Translations under genes and position numbers: made by a program
Notes under the pieces: model-generated
Told to the model about the DNA's origin: nothing
The model's database searches: none
Seen by the model: only the letters and a program-made list of their open reading frames with translations
NCBI GenBank assembly: GCA_002069885.1
Contig: MWCD01000004.1
Coordinates: forward strand, 11,037 to 75,036
Reading direction: 5' to 3'
Length of the DNA: 64,000 nucleotides
Source: a bacterium ADurb.Bin236
Lineage (GTDB): Bacteria; UBP15; UBA6099
Part shown: positions 18,150 to 27,059 of the stretch, one piece after another
Layout: each line of letters opens with the position of its first letter
Numbering within the stretch: position 1 is the first letter of the stretch

Positions 18150-19175
18150 ATGAACAACATGAAAGCGCTTGTCACTGGAGCCGATGGGCTTCTTGGAGGA
18201 AATCTCATCAGGGAAATGATAGAAAGAGGAATCGAAGCGCGGGCGATTGTGCATCCGAAAAGCGTCTCGCGCACTCTCGACGGTCTTCCGATAGAACGGA
18301 TAACCGGAGATATCCTTGATGCCGCCGGGCTGGAGGAAGCGGCGAAGGGATGCGAGGCGGTGTACCATGTCGCGGCGTCCACCGCCCTGTGGCCGCCCAA
18401 AGCTCCGATAATCACCGCCGTGAACGTGGAAGGCACGCGGAATATGCTGGACGCGGCGGTAAAAGCGGGCGTTAAGAGGTTCGTCCATGTCGGTTCCGCC
18501 AGTTCATTCGGATATGGAACAAAGGAGAGGCCCGGAGACGAGTCGACTCCTTTTAAATACGCTGATTTCGGCCTAGCCTATTTTGATTCCAAGCTGGAAG
18601 CGCAAAGAATCGCGTTGAAGCACGCCGCCGACGGCAAGCTGGACGTTGTGGTGGTGAATCCGACATTTATGATAGGCCCGTTCGATTCCGGCCCGAGTTC
18701 TGGAAAAATGATATCAAGGTTTGCCGATATGAGGCCGCCGTTCTACCCGCCGGGAGGCCGCAACTTCATACACGCGCGCGACGCGGCAAAAGGAATGCTG
18801 GCGGCGTGCGAGCGGGGGCGGACCGGGGAATGTTACCTGCTGGGCAACAGGAACATGGATATGAAGGAGTTTTTTAGCGAGGTCGCGCGCGTGGCGGGAT
18901 TCAAGCCACCCGCGATTGAGATTCCCAAAGAGATAATGATGATCGCCGGGGCCGCCGGATCGGCTATTAGCAATGTTACCGGAAAGCAGCCTGAACTATC
19001 CTATGAAATGGCCCGCAGTTCGTGTGTCGGCGCGTATTATAGCGCCGCGAAGGCGGTCAAAGAGCTTGCCCTGCCGCAGACGCCGATAGAGACGGCGGTG
19101 GAGGAAGCGTACGAATGGCTCGCCGAAAACGGGCACATCAAGAGCGCGCGAGGTCGCGCCGGAAAGAGGCGATGA
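18150..19175 (+). CDS. NAD-dependent epimerase/dehydratase (extended SDR) family protein
   Basis: MKALVTGADGLLGGNLIREM is the Rossmann GxxGxxG motif, and the catalytic YxxxK lies in ...YFDSKLEAQ... Confidence 0.8.
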   Translation: MNNMKALVTGADGLLGGNLIREMIERGIEARAIVHPKSVSRTLDGLPIERITGDILDAAGLEEAAKGCEAVYHVAASTALWPPKAPIITAVNVEGTRNMLDAAVKAGVKRFVHVGSASSFGYGTKERPGDESTPFKYADFGLAYFDSKLEAQRIALKHAADGKLDVVVVNPTFMIGPFDSGPSSGKMISRFADMRPPFYPPGGRNFIHARDAAKGMLAACERGRTGECYLLGNRNMDMKEFFSEVARVAGFKPPAIEIPKEIMMIAGAAGSAISNVTGKQPELSYEMARSSCVGAYYSAAKAVKELALPQTPIETAVEEAYEWLAENGHIKSARGRAGKRR

Positions 19176-19993
19176 GCATGGCCGCTAAACATTTCGAGAA
19201 CAAGACCGCTCTCATAACCGGGGGCAGCCGGGGGATAGGGCTTGCGGTGGCGCGCGAACTGTCGCGCAGAGGCGCCCGCTGCGCCATCGCCGCTCGCGGA
19301 GCCGAGCACCTTGAACGCGCCCGCGCCTCTCTCGCGTCAGACGGTTTCGACGTCCTCACGATTCAAGCAGACGTCGCGGATGCGGCGTCTTGCGCCGACA
19401 TGGTCTCTCGCGCCGTCTCGGAGTTCGGGCGTCTGGACATCCTTGTGAACAACGCGGGCGTCTCTATGCGCGCCACTCTCGACGAACTCGACGCCGAAGC
19501 CTGCCGCTCGATGGTGGACATCAATCTGATGGGGTGCATATATCCGACGCTCAGCGCGCTCGATCAACTCAAGAGCAACAAAGGAAGCGTCGTCTTCACG
19601 TCCAGCATAGCGGGTCTGATAGGGTTGCCGACGGCGACGATATATTGCGCGACCAAGCACGCGCTTCGCGGATTTGCGGACGCGTTGAGATGCGAAATCG
19701 GGCCTTGCGGCGCGCATGTCGGCGTCGTCTATGTCGGTTTCACCGAGAACGACCCTGAGAAGAAAGTGGTCAGCGCAGACGGCGGAGCCGTCCCGCCCGG
19801 TCCGGCGCACATGACACAGGAGCAAGTGGCGCGCGAGTTCGCCGAGCTTATCCGCCACCGCCGCTCCCGCGCCGTGCTTTCGCCAATCGGCAAATTGGCC
19901 GAGCTGGCCGGCAGGCTGTCTCCGGACATTGTAGGCGACGCCATCGTCTTCAGCCGAAAAACCAAGCTCAACGAGCGCCTCGGCATAACTTGA
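19172..19993 (+). CDS. Classical short-chain dehydrogenase/reductase
   Basis: TALITGGSRGIGLAVA, NNAGV and YCATKHAL are the SDR motifs. There is a 4-bp ATGA overlap with the upstream gene. Confidence 0.85.
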   Translation: MSMAAKHFENKTALITGGSRGIGLAVARELSRRGARCAIAARGAEHLERARASLASDGFDVLTIQADVADAASCADMVSRAVSEFGRLDILVNNAGVSMRATLDELDAEACRSMVDINLMGCIYPTLSALDQLKSNKGSVVFTSSIAGLIGLPTATIYCATKHALRGFADALRCEIGPCGAHVGVVYVGFTENDPEKKVVSADGGAVPPGPAHMTQEQVAREFAELIRHRRSRAVLSPIGKLAELAGRLSPDIVGDAIVFSRKTKLNERLGIT

Positions 19994-20117
19994 CGGCATT
20001 ACGGCGCGTTTTCAAGGTGCCTTCTCCATAAGCGAAGCCCTCTACGCCGCCAAGTTCATCTATTTCACCTTCCGCAGCGCCACCAAATTTCTTTCGTTCA
20101 GAATCGTCCCCGGCTGA
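19989..20117 (+). pseudogene. Start-less 42-codon remnant homologous to the C-terminus of the DUF362 gene (a displaced 3' gene end), forming part of the right repeat copy 20008-20144
   Basis: It translates to LDGITARFQGAFSISEALYAAKFIYFTFRSATKFLSFRIVPG*, against ...FKMPSPMSDARSAVQFIYFTLRHALRKLVLKIIPG* in DUF362. It has no ATG/GTG/TTG start. It is in the +1 frame relative to the SDR and is preceded by an in-frame TAA. Confidence 0.55.
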
Positions 20118-20330
20118 TTGAACCCAAAACTGCCGTTAGGATTTAAAAGCGATTGTTATGAGATATGTAAGGCACAGACGAATTTTCGTTGTAATTAAGA
20201 TTTTCTATTTCTTATAGTTGTTTCGTTATGTATGCGCCACAGACAAAACTATATACAGAATGGGATTTTCCGTTTGATATTTGGGAGATAAACTAATATT
20301 TTAAGAAAGCTTTTTCAGTAGCCGAAACTT

Positions 20331-20969
20331 CTATTCTTCAATGACATTGAAATTAAACGTCTTTTGCTCGTGTTCTTCTGCTGATGTCGGCTCAGCCTTG
20401 GCAATTTCATTATTTATTTCTTCCGGAATAATTCTTACAAGACCACTGATAAATACTCTGAAACTCCGAGATTTGTTAATTGAGGGATTCATGTGCTTCC
20501 CTATAGCTCGTGCGCCACTTATTTTCTGATAGTTCACAACAATTCGCTTTATTTCTTCCGCGGGTTGGTTAATGCTGTCCGGATTTCTGAATTTGGATTG
20601 ATTTTGTCTGCCTGATAAGTTCCCGATTCCCATTCCGGCTTCAACGGCCTTCAGGTCTCCAAGAAACCATGACTCAAGTTCATGACATACCACACGGACA
20701 AGAACATCTGATCTTCCACCTTCTTCACAAAGTCTTGTAAGGTTCGTTTTCACAACTTGGCAATCAGCTTGGTCCTGATCCCTCAGCACTATGAATCTGA
20801 CATCGTCCTCTCGCCACGCTCTCAGTTTTCTCGGAATCGATTTCTCAAGATCTTGTTTTCCTTCGTGAACAACATATATACAGTGAATTGACCTTGGAAC
20901 AACTCTTGGCAAAAAGCCCTTTAGAGCCTCCTTCATTGACTGTTCTTCGAGCAGAAATACAATCTTCAT
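20331..20969 (-). CDS. Small TOPRIM-like protein (DUF4276-like), candidate nuclease partner of the adjacent ATPase
   Basis: The N-terminus MKIVFLLEEQSMKEALKGFL is like the conserved-Glu region of DUF4276. An acidic DxD-type motif is VLRDQDQAD, followed by ELESWFLGD. There is a 4-bp ATGA overlap with the upstream ATPase gene, and GC content is low. Confidence 0.55.
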   Translation of the reverse strand: MKIVFLLEEQSMKEALKGFLPRVVPRSIHCIYVVHEGKQDLEKSIPRKLRAWREDDVRFIVLRDQDQADCQVVKTNLTRLCEEGGRSDVLVRVVCHELESWFLGDLKAVEAGMGIGNLSGRQNQSKFRNPDSINQPAEEIKRIVVNYQKISGARAIGKHMNPSINKSRSFRVFISGLVRIIPEEINNEIAKAEPTSAEEHEQKTFNFNVIEE

Positions 20970-22144
20970 AACTCGCTGTTTATCTCCTCAAATAGCCCCT
21001 GTTTCCATAGCGCTCCTGGCAACTCTCCTTCCGCAACTAGGTTTCTAAGCACTTCACTATCTCTAGCTCTTTGTAGAGTTGTAAATCCGTTCATTTTCCG
21101 AAGATAGAACACCTCATCTAGTCTCGTTCCATTCAGGAAATCTGGTGAATGCGTCGAAACAAACACTTGTCCGCCGCGTTCGGAATACTGCCTAAATTCT
21201 TCTGCTAATTCTTGGAGCAGTTGAGGATACAACTGGTTCTCCGGCTCTTCTACGCATAAGAGTGGGTGAGGTGATGGATCGTGTAATAGCACAAGATATG
21301 CAAACATTTTTATAGTCCCATCTGATACATACCGCGCAATGAAAGGATCTTTGAATGAGCCATCTTGGAAACGCAGCACTATTCTTCCATCAATCGTAGG
21401 CTGCGCTTCTACTTTGCTTACACCCGGCACTCTTTCTGCCATCTTCCTAAGCACTTCGTCAAATATATCTCGGTGCCGGTCATAAAGGAATTGAGAAACT
21501 AGCGCAAGGTTTTCTCCTCTTGCTGACAGATGCTCCGCATACCCTTCCTCGTGACTAGGCCGAGCTTCATGTATATGGAAATCCGAAACATGCCAGTTCT
21601 CGATTAACTTCCTGAAAGCCGTCACTACTTTGAAACGTTGAAATTGCCCAAGTCCTTTGATAGCAAGTATATCCGGCGACTCAAGCTCCTGAGGCTCACG
21701 TTGCATCTCGCTTTCAGGCATCTTGTAATCGTCCTCATTTGTTATTGCTTGGCCATGCCCCTTGCTGAATTCTAGAAACTTCCATGGTTGCCCGTGCTGG
21801 CCCCTTCTATACTTAAGAACTTCACTTGCGACCACCGGCCTGCCGGAATCCAGTCCTATCGATAAACTATATGTAACGAGAGGACCATTTACTTCACGAA
21901 ATTTAATTTCAAAACTGACTGGCCCTTCGGCATTACGACTTATCACCTCGTTGAATCCTCCACGCATAGCAAGAGCTTTGTCAACGTTGTGAGTAAGCGC
22001 ATCTCTCAAAAAACCGAACACATCGAACATCGTGCTCTTGCCTGTTCCGTTTGCTCCCACGAGAACACACATACTAGGGATGTCTGTCATATTAGCTTCT
22101 CGGAACACTCTATAGTTTCGTATACTTATTGATTCAATATGCAT
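20966..22144 (-). CDS. ABC/SMC-like AAA_21-type ATPase (OLD/AbiL/PARIS-AriA-like N-terminal ATPase without a fused nuclease)
   Basis: Walker A is VLVGANGTGKST, Walker B plus D-loop is LLCVEEPENQLYP, and the H-loop is VFVSTHSP. The gene is 392 aa and AT-rich relative to its surroundings. Confidence 0.85.
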   Translation of the reverse strand: MHIESISIRNYRVFREANMTDIPSMCVLVGANGTGKSTMFDVFGFLRDALTHNVDKALAMRGGFNEVISRNAEGPVSFEIKFREVNGPLVTYSLSIGLDSGRPVVASEVLKYRRGQHGQPWKFLEFSKGHGQAITNEDDYKMPESEMQREPQELESPDILAIKGLGQFQRFKVVTAFRKLIENWHVSDFHIHEARPSHEEGYAEHLSARGENLALVSQFLYDRHRDIFDEVLRKMAERVPGVSKVEAQPTIDGRIVLRFQDGSFKDPFIARYVSDGTIKMFAYLVLLHDPSPHPLLCVEEPENQLYPQLLQELAEEFRQYSERGGQVFVSTHSPDFLNGTRLDEVFYLRKMNGFTTLQRARDSEVLRNLVAEGELPGALWKQGLFEEINSEL

Positions 22145-22419
22145 ATCCCGCGACCTTTGTACTCAATAGAGTTTTTTTATTTTTCTAATCGATCCATTCA
22201 GTAAAACATTCCAATATCATCAATATTATACACCTTGAGGCATATATAAAAGAATGGTTTAAAAAACCTTCATCGATCCTCAGAAATCTCATTTATATTC
22301 GTAAATATTTAAGAAACCACAGGATAATAACTTTGTTATACACACCATTAAACTGTTTTTCACAATATACTGTTACGGATAGTGAGTTTCTTCGTGAGTT
22401 GTTTATTTCGTCATCTCGA

Positions 22420-22650
22420 CTACGAGGAACCTGTTGTTGCCTCTGCGCTCGACGACGAGCAGAATCTCGACTGATTCGTCGCATTTGCGGCCCTAGAAAT
22501 GTCTTTGATGATATCGCGCAGTTCGGATGGTTTCTCGACTTCTTTTCTGTCTGCTTTGATGATGATGTCGCCCTGAATAGCTCCGGCTATACTGCCGGGG
22601 CTGTTCGAAGTCACGCCCGCCCGGCATCCGCCAGCGCGCTCGCGCCGGAT
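22420..22650 (-). pseudogene. Fragment of a PDZ domain (HtrA/DegP-like C-terminal part) lacking the rest of the gene
   Basis: ...AGVTSNSPGSIAGAIQGDIIIKADRKEVEKPSELRDIIKDI... matches the second half of a PDZ domain. There is no upstream protease domain, and the fragment lies at the edge of the AT-rich insertion. Confidence 0.45.
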
Positions 22651-22651
22651 T

Positions 22652-23146
22652 TCACTTCACTTCAAAGAAAGCTTCCTGTTTGGCTTGGCAAATGGGGCAT
22701 TTTTCAGGCAGCGTTCCGTCTGACACATATCCGCAAACCTTGCATACGTAGTATTCAGTTTCCCGCTCCTGAGCAAAATGGTCGAGCATCTTCTTGTAAA
22801 GGGACGCGTGGAACTCCTCGGCGTCCCTCGAATATGTGAACGCGAGAGCGGCTATCGGGTTGTCCTCTTCGTGAGCGGTCTTTATGAAATCCGGGTACAA
22901 CACTTCGCTTACGTTTTTCTCTCCCTCAAACGAGGAAGTGAGGTTCGATTCTGTGTCCTTGAGTTCCTTCATGTTTTTAAGGTGCTTCTTTGCGTGTATA
23001 AGCTCGGCCTCGGAAATCGCCCTGAAAAGTTTCGCTATCTGAGGATATCCCTCTTCCATAGCCTTGTCGGCGTAAAGCCTGAGCCGAACTACGGCCTTCG
23101 CCTCTCCGGCGAAAGCGGCTTTGATGTTTTCCTCTGTTTTTGCCAT
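22652..23146 (-). CDS. Rubrerythrin (a ferritin-like di-iron domain plus a C-terminal rubredoxin-like CxxC...CxxC)
   Basis: The di-iron motifs are EAKAVVRLRLYADKA...ELIHAKKH and the tail is CKVCGY...CPICQA. Confidence 0.9.
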   Translation of the reverse strand: MAKTEENIKAAFAGEAKAVVRLRLYADKAMEEGYPQIAKLFRAISEAELIHAKKHLKNMKELKDTESNLTSSFEGEKNVSEVLYPDFIKTAHEEDNPIAALAFTYSRDAEEFHASLYKKMLDHFAQERETEYYVCKVCGYVSDGTLPEKCPICQAKQEAFFEVK

Positions 23147-23165
23147 GTCCGATAGTCCTCCGTGT

Positions 23166-24563
23166 TCAGTCCAGTTTAAGCTCTGCGGCGGTCATAATAA
23201 TCTTCGGAACGCGGGGAGCGGCGTCTCCGAAAAGAGCGTCCGCCACCGATTGGTCGAACGAGCGGTAGTTCAATTCCGCGCGCACGGTCACCGGCTTTTT
23301 CGCGTCGGCGGGAATAACGAACGCGAAGCTTTCGACGGCATGCCCCTTCGGCGGTATGGTTTTATTGTAGGCGAAATGTGAAATCTTCCACGGTTTCAGA
23401 GTGGGCTGACCGAAGTCGTCCACCGCAAGGCTGTTGAAAATAACGGCTTTAGAATCGATTGCGCCTTTTTCATCCACAGCGCCTGAGCTCCAGAATATTC
23501 TTCCAGCCGCGTCCTCCGCTCTGACATCCAGCCACATCTGCCTGAGTTCGGTAAGGCTGGTGGGGAGGTTGTGTCCCGCCGCGATATTTTCAACTTTCAC
23601 ATCAACAACAGTCAGTCCGGGGGAACGCGTCGCCGAAGCGGACAAGCTCATTCGAGCCGCCGCCTTTAATCTCTTTTCAGCAATCACGGCGCTCTTTTCC
23701 GAGCCGAGCAGCCGGGACATGACGAAATTGCCGCCGACGAATTCGTGCGTGTATATATGAGGCCTCTCGTCCGCGATCTCTGAAGCGTAGCCGGGATTGG
23801 GAACCCGCTTGAGAGTGGCCGCCACCTCGGGCAAGTTGTCTACTGGGGCCATGTGGCAGTCCTGACACACTATGCCGTTGCGGGCGTACACCGAATGCCG
23901 CCACTCGTCGTATGTGCGCTCAATTGGAAATCCGGTCGAGCCGTGAAAAACATTGTGGCAGTTGCCGCAGAATTCCGCGCTCGTGTGCAGTTGGGAATAA
24001 ACGCTGTCGTGGAAAGAAGCCTCGGAGTCGCCGAACGGGCCGCGTTTGATTTGTCCGGGGTCGATTGCCACAGCCATGTTGTGAGGCTCAAGCGCCCGCG
24101 TCTTCTGATAGTGCGTCGAGTCTATCGAGTGGCAATAGTCGCACTGTACGCCGTTGGCGGATATGTTGTCCAGATTCTCCATGTCCGCCGGAGCGACGAG
24201 CCTGTCAGTCATCATGCCGATCGGGGAATGGCAGCCGATGCACTCGGTTCCGATGGTCCCGCCGGTTTCTTCGAATGCCATTTTCCATTTCTTCTGCCAG
24301 ACGGGGTCTTTGAACGAATTGGCGTGCATGGAGCCTTCCCACTGCTCATGAATGCCCTGATGGCACGCGCCGCACGTCTCCGGCCCTGTAAAATCGTTTA
24401 CAGTGACCTGTCTGTCGCCGGTGATTTTTAAAAGGTTTGGAAAAAAACGGTATTCGCTGTTGTCGGAGCCGGTGGAGATGTTAGCACCCGCAAAAATGAG
24501 AGCCGCCGCGATTAACGCTGGAGCCGCCCAAATATATCTGCCGCGTGGTTTCATGTCAGACAC
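23166..24563 (-). CDS. Periplasmic multiheme c-type cytochrome with five CXXCH motifs
   Basis: There is a signal peptide and five heme motifs: CGACH, CIGCH, CDYCH, CGNCH and CQDCH. The C-terminal motif NIAAGHNLPT is typical of multiheme cytochrome families. Confidence 0.85.
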   Translation of the reverse strand: MSDMKPRGRYIWAAPALIAAALIFAGANISTGSDNSEYRFFPNLLKITGDRQVTVNDFTGPETCGACHQGIHEQWEGSMHANSFKDPVWQKKWKMAFEETGGTIGTECIGCHSPIGMMTDRLVAPADMENLDNISANGVQCDYCHSIDSTHYQKTRALEPHNMAVAIDPGQIKRGPFGDSEASFHDSVYSQLHTSAEFCGNCHNVFHGSTGFPIERTYDEWRHSVYARNGIVCQDCHMAPVDNLPEVAATLKRVPNPGYASEIADERPHIYTHEFVGGNFVMSRLLGSEKSAVIAEKRLKAAARMSLSASATRSPGLTVVDVKVENIAAGHNLPTSLTELRQMWLDVRAEDAAGRIFWSSGAVDEKGAIDSKAVIFNSLAVDDFGQPTLKPWKISHFAYNKTIPPKGHAVESFAFVIPADAKKPVTVRAELNYRSFDQSVADALFGDAAPRVPKIIMTAAELKLD

Positions 24564-24641
24564 CCCCTATGTAAAAGAAGATTCGGACTCGCGCGTTCCC
24601 TATGATGCCAGCGAGGATGCCCGATAACACCATTCGAAAGG

Positions 24642-25502
24642 CTATTTCTCTTCCTCGACAGGCATCAGCAGATTGCCGACGCGGGTCATCAGATTGCCGA
24701 CCTTGATGCCATATTCGGCGGTTCCCCTGAAGGAAACAAGCTGTTGGCGGGTGGCGTCAAGAGCGCCCACCTCGCTCGACAGGACTTTTAGGGCGGCGTC
24801 GAGGTCCTTGAAATCCATGCCCACGTAAGGCCGCCTTTTGGTTTTGCCTTTCGTCGCCTTGATGTCTCCTTCGTCTATCCGCACATGCACCGCAGGCTCT
24901 TCCTGATTGACCGTCCACTCGATAATCTTTTTCCGGGCGGTTTTCGTGAGCCTGTAAATGTAGTCGTCTCCGCCGCGCGACATCTCCTGCAGGGCGAACG
25001 CCACCATGTACAGCATCATGCGGACTTTAAGCAGCTTTTCCTCTTCCGTCTTACACTTGTATTCTGGCATCAGCATCTTCATCTTCATCATCATCTTCAT
25101 AAGGAAGGTCATGAGGATAATCAGGTGAGACATCCCGGATATCTTCGGGAGTATCATCTTGCCTGTGAAGAAGCCGTTCATATCCGCGCAATTCTTGAAA
25201 GTCATCGTGATGACGGGTTTGTCATGAGTCCCCTGAACGACGGAAACGGCGCCCTTTTCGAACAGCACATAAGCGGCGGGAATGTCGTTCTTCACCTTGA
25301 ACTGAATCGCGCAGTTCCAGCCGGAAACCTTTTTCTGCAACGCTGCGTCGGAAGCCACAATTTCCTCGATGAGAGGAAGCGCGGCGGCAAGAAACGTGAC
25401 CGAACGCAAAGTCTCTGATTCCATAGGAACCGGAGGCTGCTTCTTCGCAGGCGCTCCCTCAGCGATGTCCTGTTCCACTACATTATCGTTATCTTCCGCC
25501 AT
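24642..25502 (-). CDS. SCP2 (sterol-carrier-like) domain protein with a Met/Lys-rich low-complexity segment and a C-terminal domain of unknown function
   Basis: The SCP2-like end is ...GFFTGKMILPKISGMSHLIILMTFLMKMMMKMKMLM. The start is probably the Met of MAEDNDNV at 25502. Confidence 0.45.
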   Translation of the reverse strand: MAEDNDNVVEQDIAEGAPAKKQPPVPMESETLRSVTFLAAALPLIEEIVASDAALQKKVSGWNCAIQFKVKNDIPAAYVLFEKGAVSVVQGTHDKPVITMTFKNCADMNGFFTGKMILPKISGMSHLIILMTFLMKMMMKMKMLMPEYKCKTEEEKLLKVRMMLYMVAFALQEMSRGGDDYIYRLTKTARKKIIEWTVNQEEPAVHVRIDEGDIKATKGKTKRRPYVGMDFKDLDAALKVLSSEVGALDATRQQLVSFRGTAEYGIKVGNLMTRVGNLLMPVEEEK

Positions 25503-25764
25503 ATCACGCCTCCGTTGCCTTTTTTGCGCGGAAGCTTGGAAAAAACGCATAGCTCATTTCATCCATTCCCGCGCAAGATGAAACAATACCATAAAACGCC
25601 TCTCCGAACAAGCGCAATGATTTGCCCTAATGTAATTAAGTTATCTTTACAACAATCCGTTCCATGGTTGATTGGATGTGTTTAATGATTTCAGCCAATT
25701 GCCATTAGTTGGAGGATTGAATAGAATATTGTTGAAAAACAATATTGATTTATCGGAGGACAAG

Positions 25765-26412
25765 ATGAAGAAACTGACGATTGCGCTAATTGCTCTTATT
25801 GTTTTGCCCGCGCTATGCCTCGGCAAAGCTAGAGATGAAGACGAGTTCCGGTTCTATGACGATGTGAAATATGAAGATATTAAAATAACCTCAGTCGCCC
25901 TGCTTCCGTTCAAGAACAGCGTTGGCAAGCAGACATCGCACGAAGTCGAGGACATGTTCGAAACTATGCAAATTTTCCTTCAGGCAAAAGGAATAAAGGT
26001 GATAGACGCGGCGGAGGAAGCTCGGAATCAGAAAATAGACATAGCTTTCGACGATCCGGACGCGGCCAAACTAGCGGCGATTGGAAAATCTCTCGGAACC
26101 GACGCGGTTCTGAATGGAACGATTTACAAATTCCAGACTTCCAAAAAAGGCATAGCCACAGTGGGCATAACAGGCAACCTTGTATATGTATCGAACGAAG
26201 ATTACATATACAGAGCAAAATTAGCTAGAGAAAAGAAGATAAATGCCACGAAAAAATGGATAACCGGCGTGGTAAGAGGCGAATCAAAACAGAATCGGAT
26301 GAAAGCGCTGAAGGATTGCGCGGCTGACCTTCTTAACCCGGTTTATGAAAAATTAAAACTCGGCAAGTTGACCGAAGAGGATTTGAAAAAGTTAGATAGT
26401 GAAGAAGAATAG
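25765..26412 (+). CDS. Secreted protein with a CsgG / LpoB / TolB-N-like domain
   Basis: The signal peptide is MKKLTIALIALIVLPALCLG, followed by ...VALLPFKNSVGKQ...LGTDAVLNGTIYKFQ, which is the family signature. Confidence 0.5.
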   Translation: MKKLTIALIALIVLPALCLGKARDEDEFRFYDDVKYEDIKITSVALLPFKNSVGKQTSHEVEDMFETMQIFLQAKGIKVIDAAEEARNQKIDIAFDDPDAAKLAAIGKSLGTDAVLNGTIYKFQTSKKGIATVGITGNLVYVSNEDYIYRAKLAREKKINATKKWITGVVRGESKQNRMKALKDCAADLLNPVYEKLKLGKLTEEDLKKLDSEEE

Positions 26413-26961
26413 TATTTCTTATATTATTTTCTTTATTTCGACGTAAACAGATTTTTGCTTGCTGATTCGACGATACAGTCGCCGAACCGGGGGCAATTTT
26501 CATAGCGTAGAACTGCGTCTGACTTACAGCTCTGTTTCTGCCTTTTTTTATAGATGAGTCTATAAAATAATGTAGTAGGTCAAAAGCGGCGGTTTATCGC
26601 GCTTGCTTTGCCGGGATAAATTCCTTCCCCCCTGTAACCGCCGATTATGTTATCCATATCCCAGAACAAGTGTTGCCCATAGCTCCGAAAATAAATGAAT
26701 TGCCGCAGTTTAAATTATCCCTAAATCTGGCGATAGGATACGTGCCGAGAAGGATAACCAGATGAGCAAAATGTCGAAACAGATGAAAAGAGGGTTTTTA
26801 TCGATAATTAATTTTTAGATGATTTGACACCAATACGCTTAAAGCCATAGATATTTTAAGATAAACGGCGTATTATTTAATAATAATCATTATTAACGCT
26901 ATAATACGAATTAAACGCTGTGTAAAAAACATCAGCAGGAATTATTGGGAATTTCAGTGGC

Positions 26962-27017
26962 TTGACAAATTTTTGAATTGATATAGAATATTAGCGCTTG
27001 CACGGATAGAGTGCTAA
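26962..27017 (+). promoter_or_regulatory. Sigma-70-type promoter overlapping a CIRCE (HrcA operator) inverted repeat upstream of groES
   Basis: TTGACA (26962-26967), a 16-nt spacer, TAGAAT (26984-26989). The CIRCE is TTAGCGCTT-N9-GAGTGCTAA at 26991-27017, against the consensus TTAGCACTC-N9-GAGTGCTAA. Confidence 0.8.
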
Positions 27018-27059
27018 ACAAATTGACGCTCAGTGGCAGCGGAAAGGAGGAAAGATATT

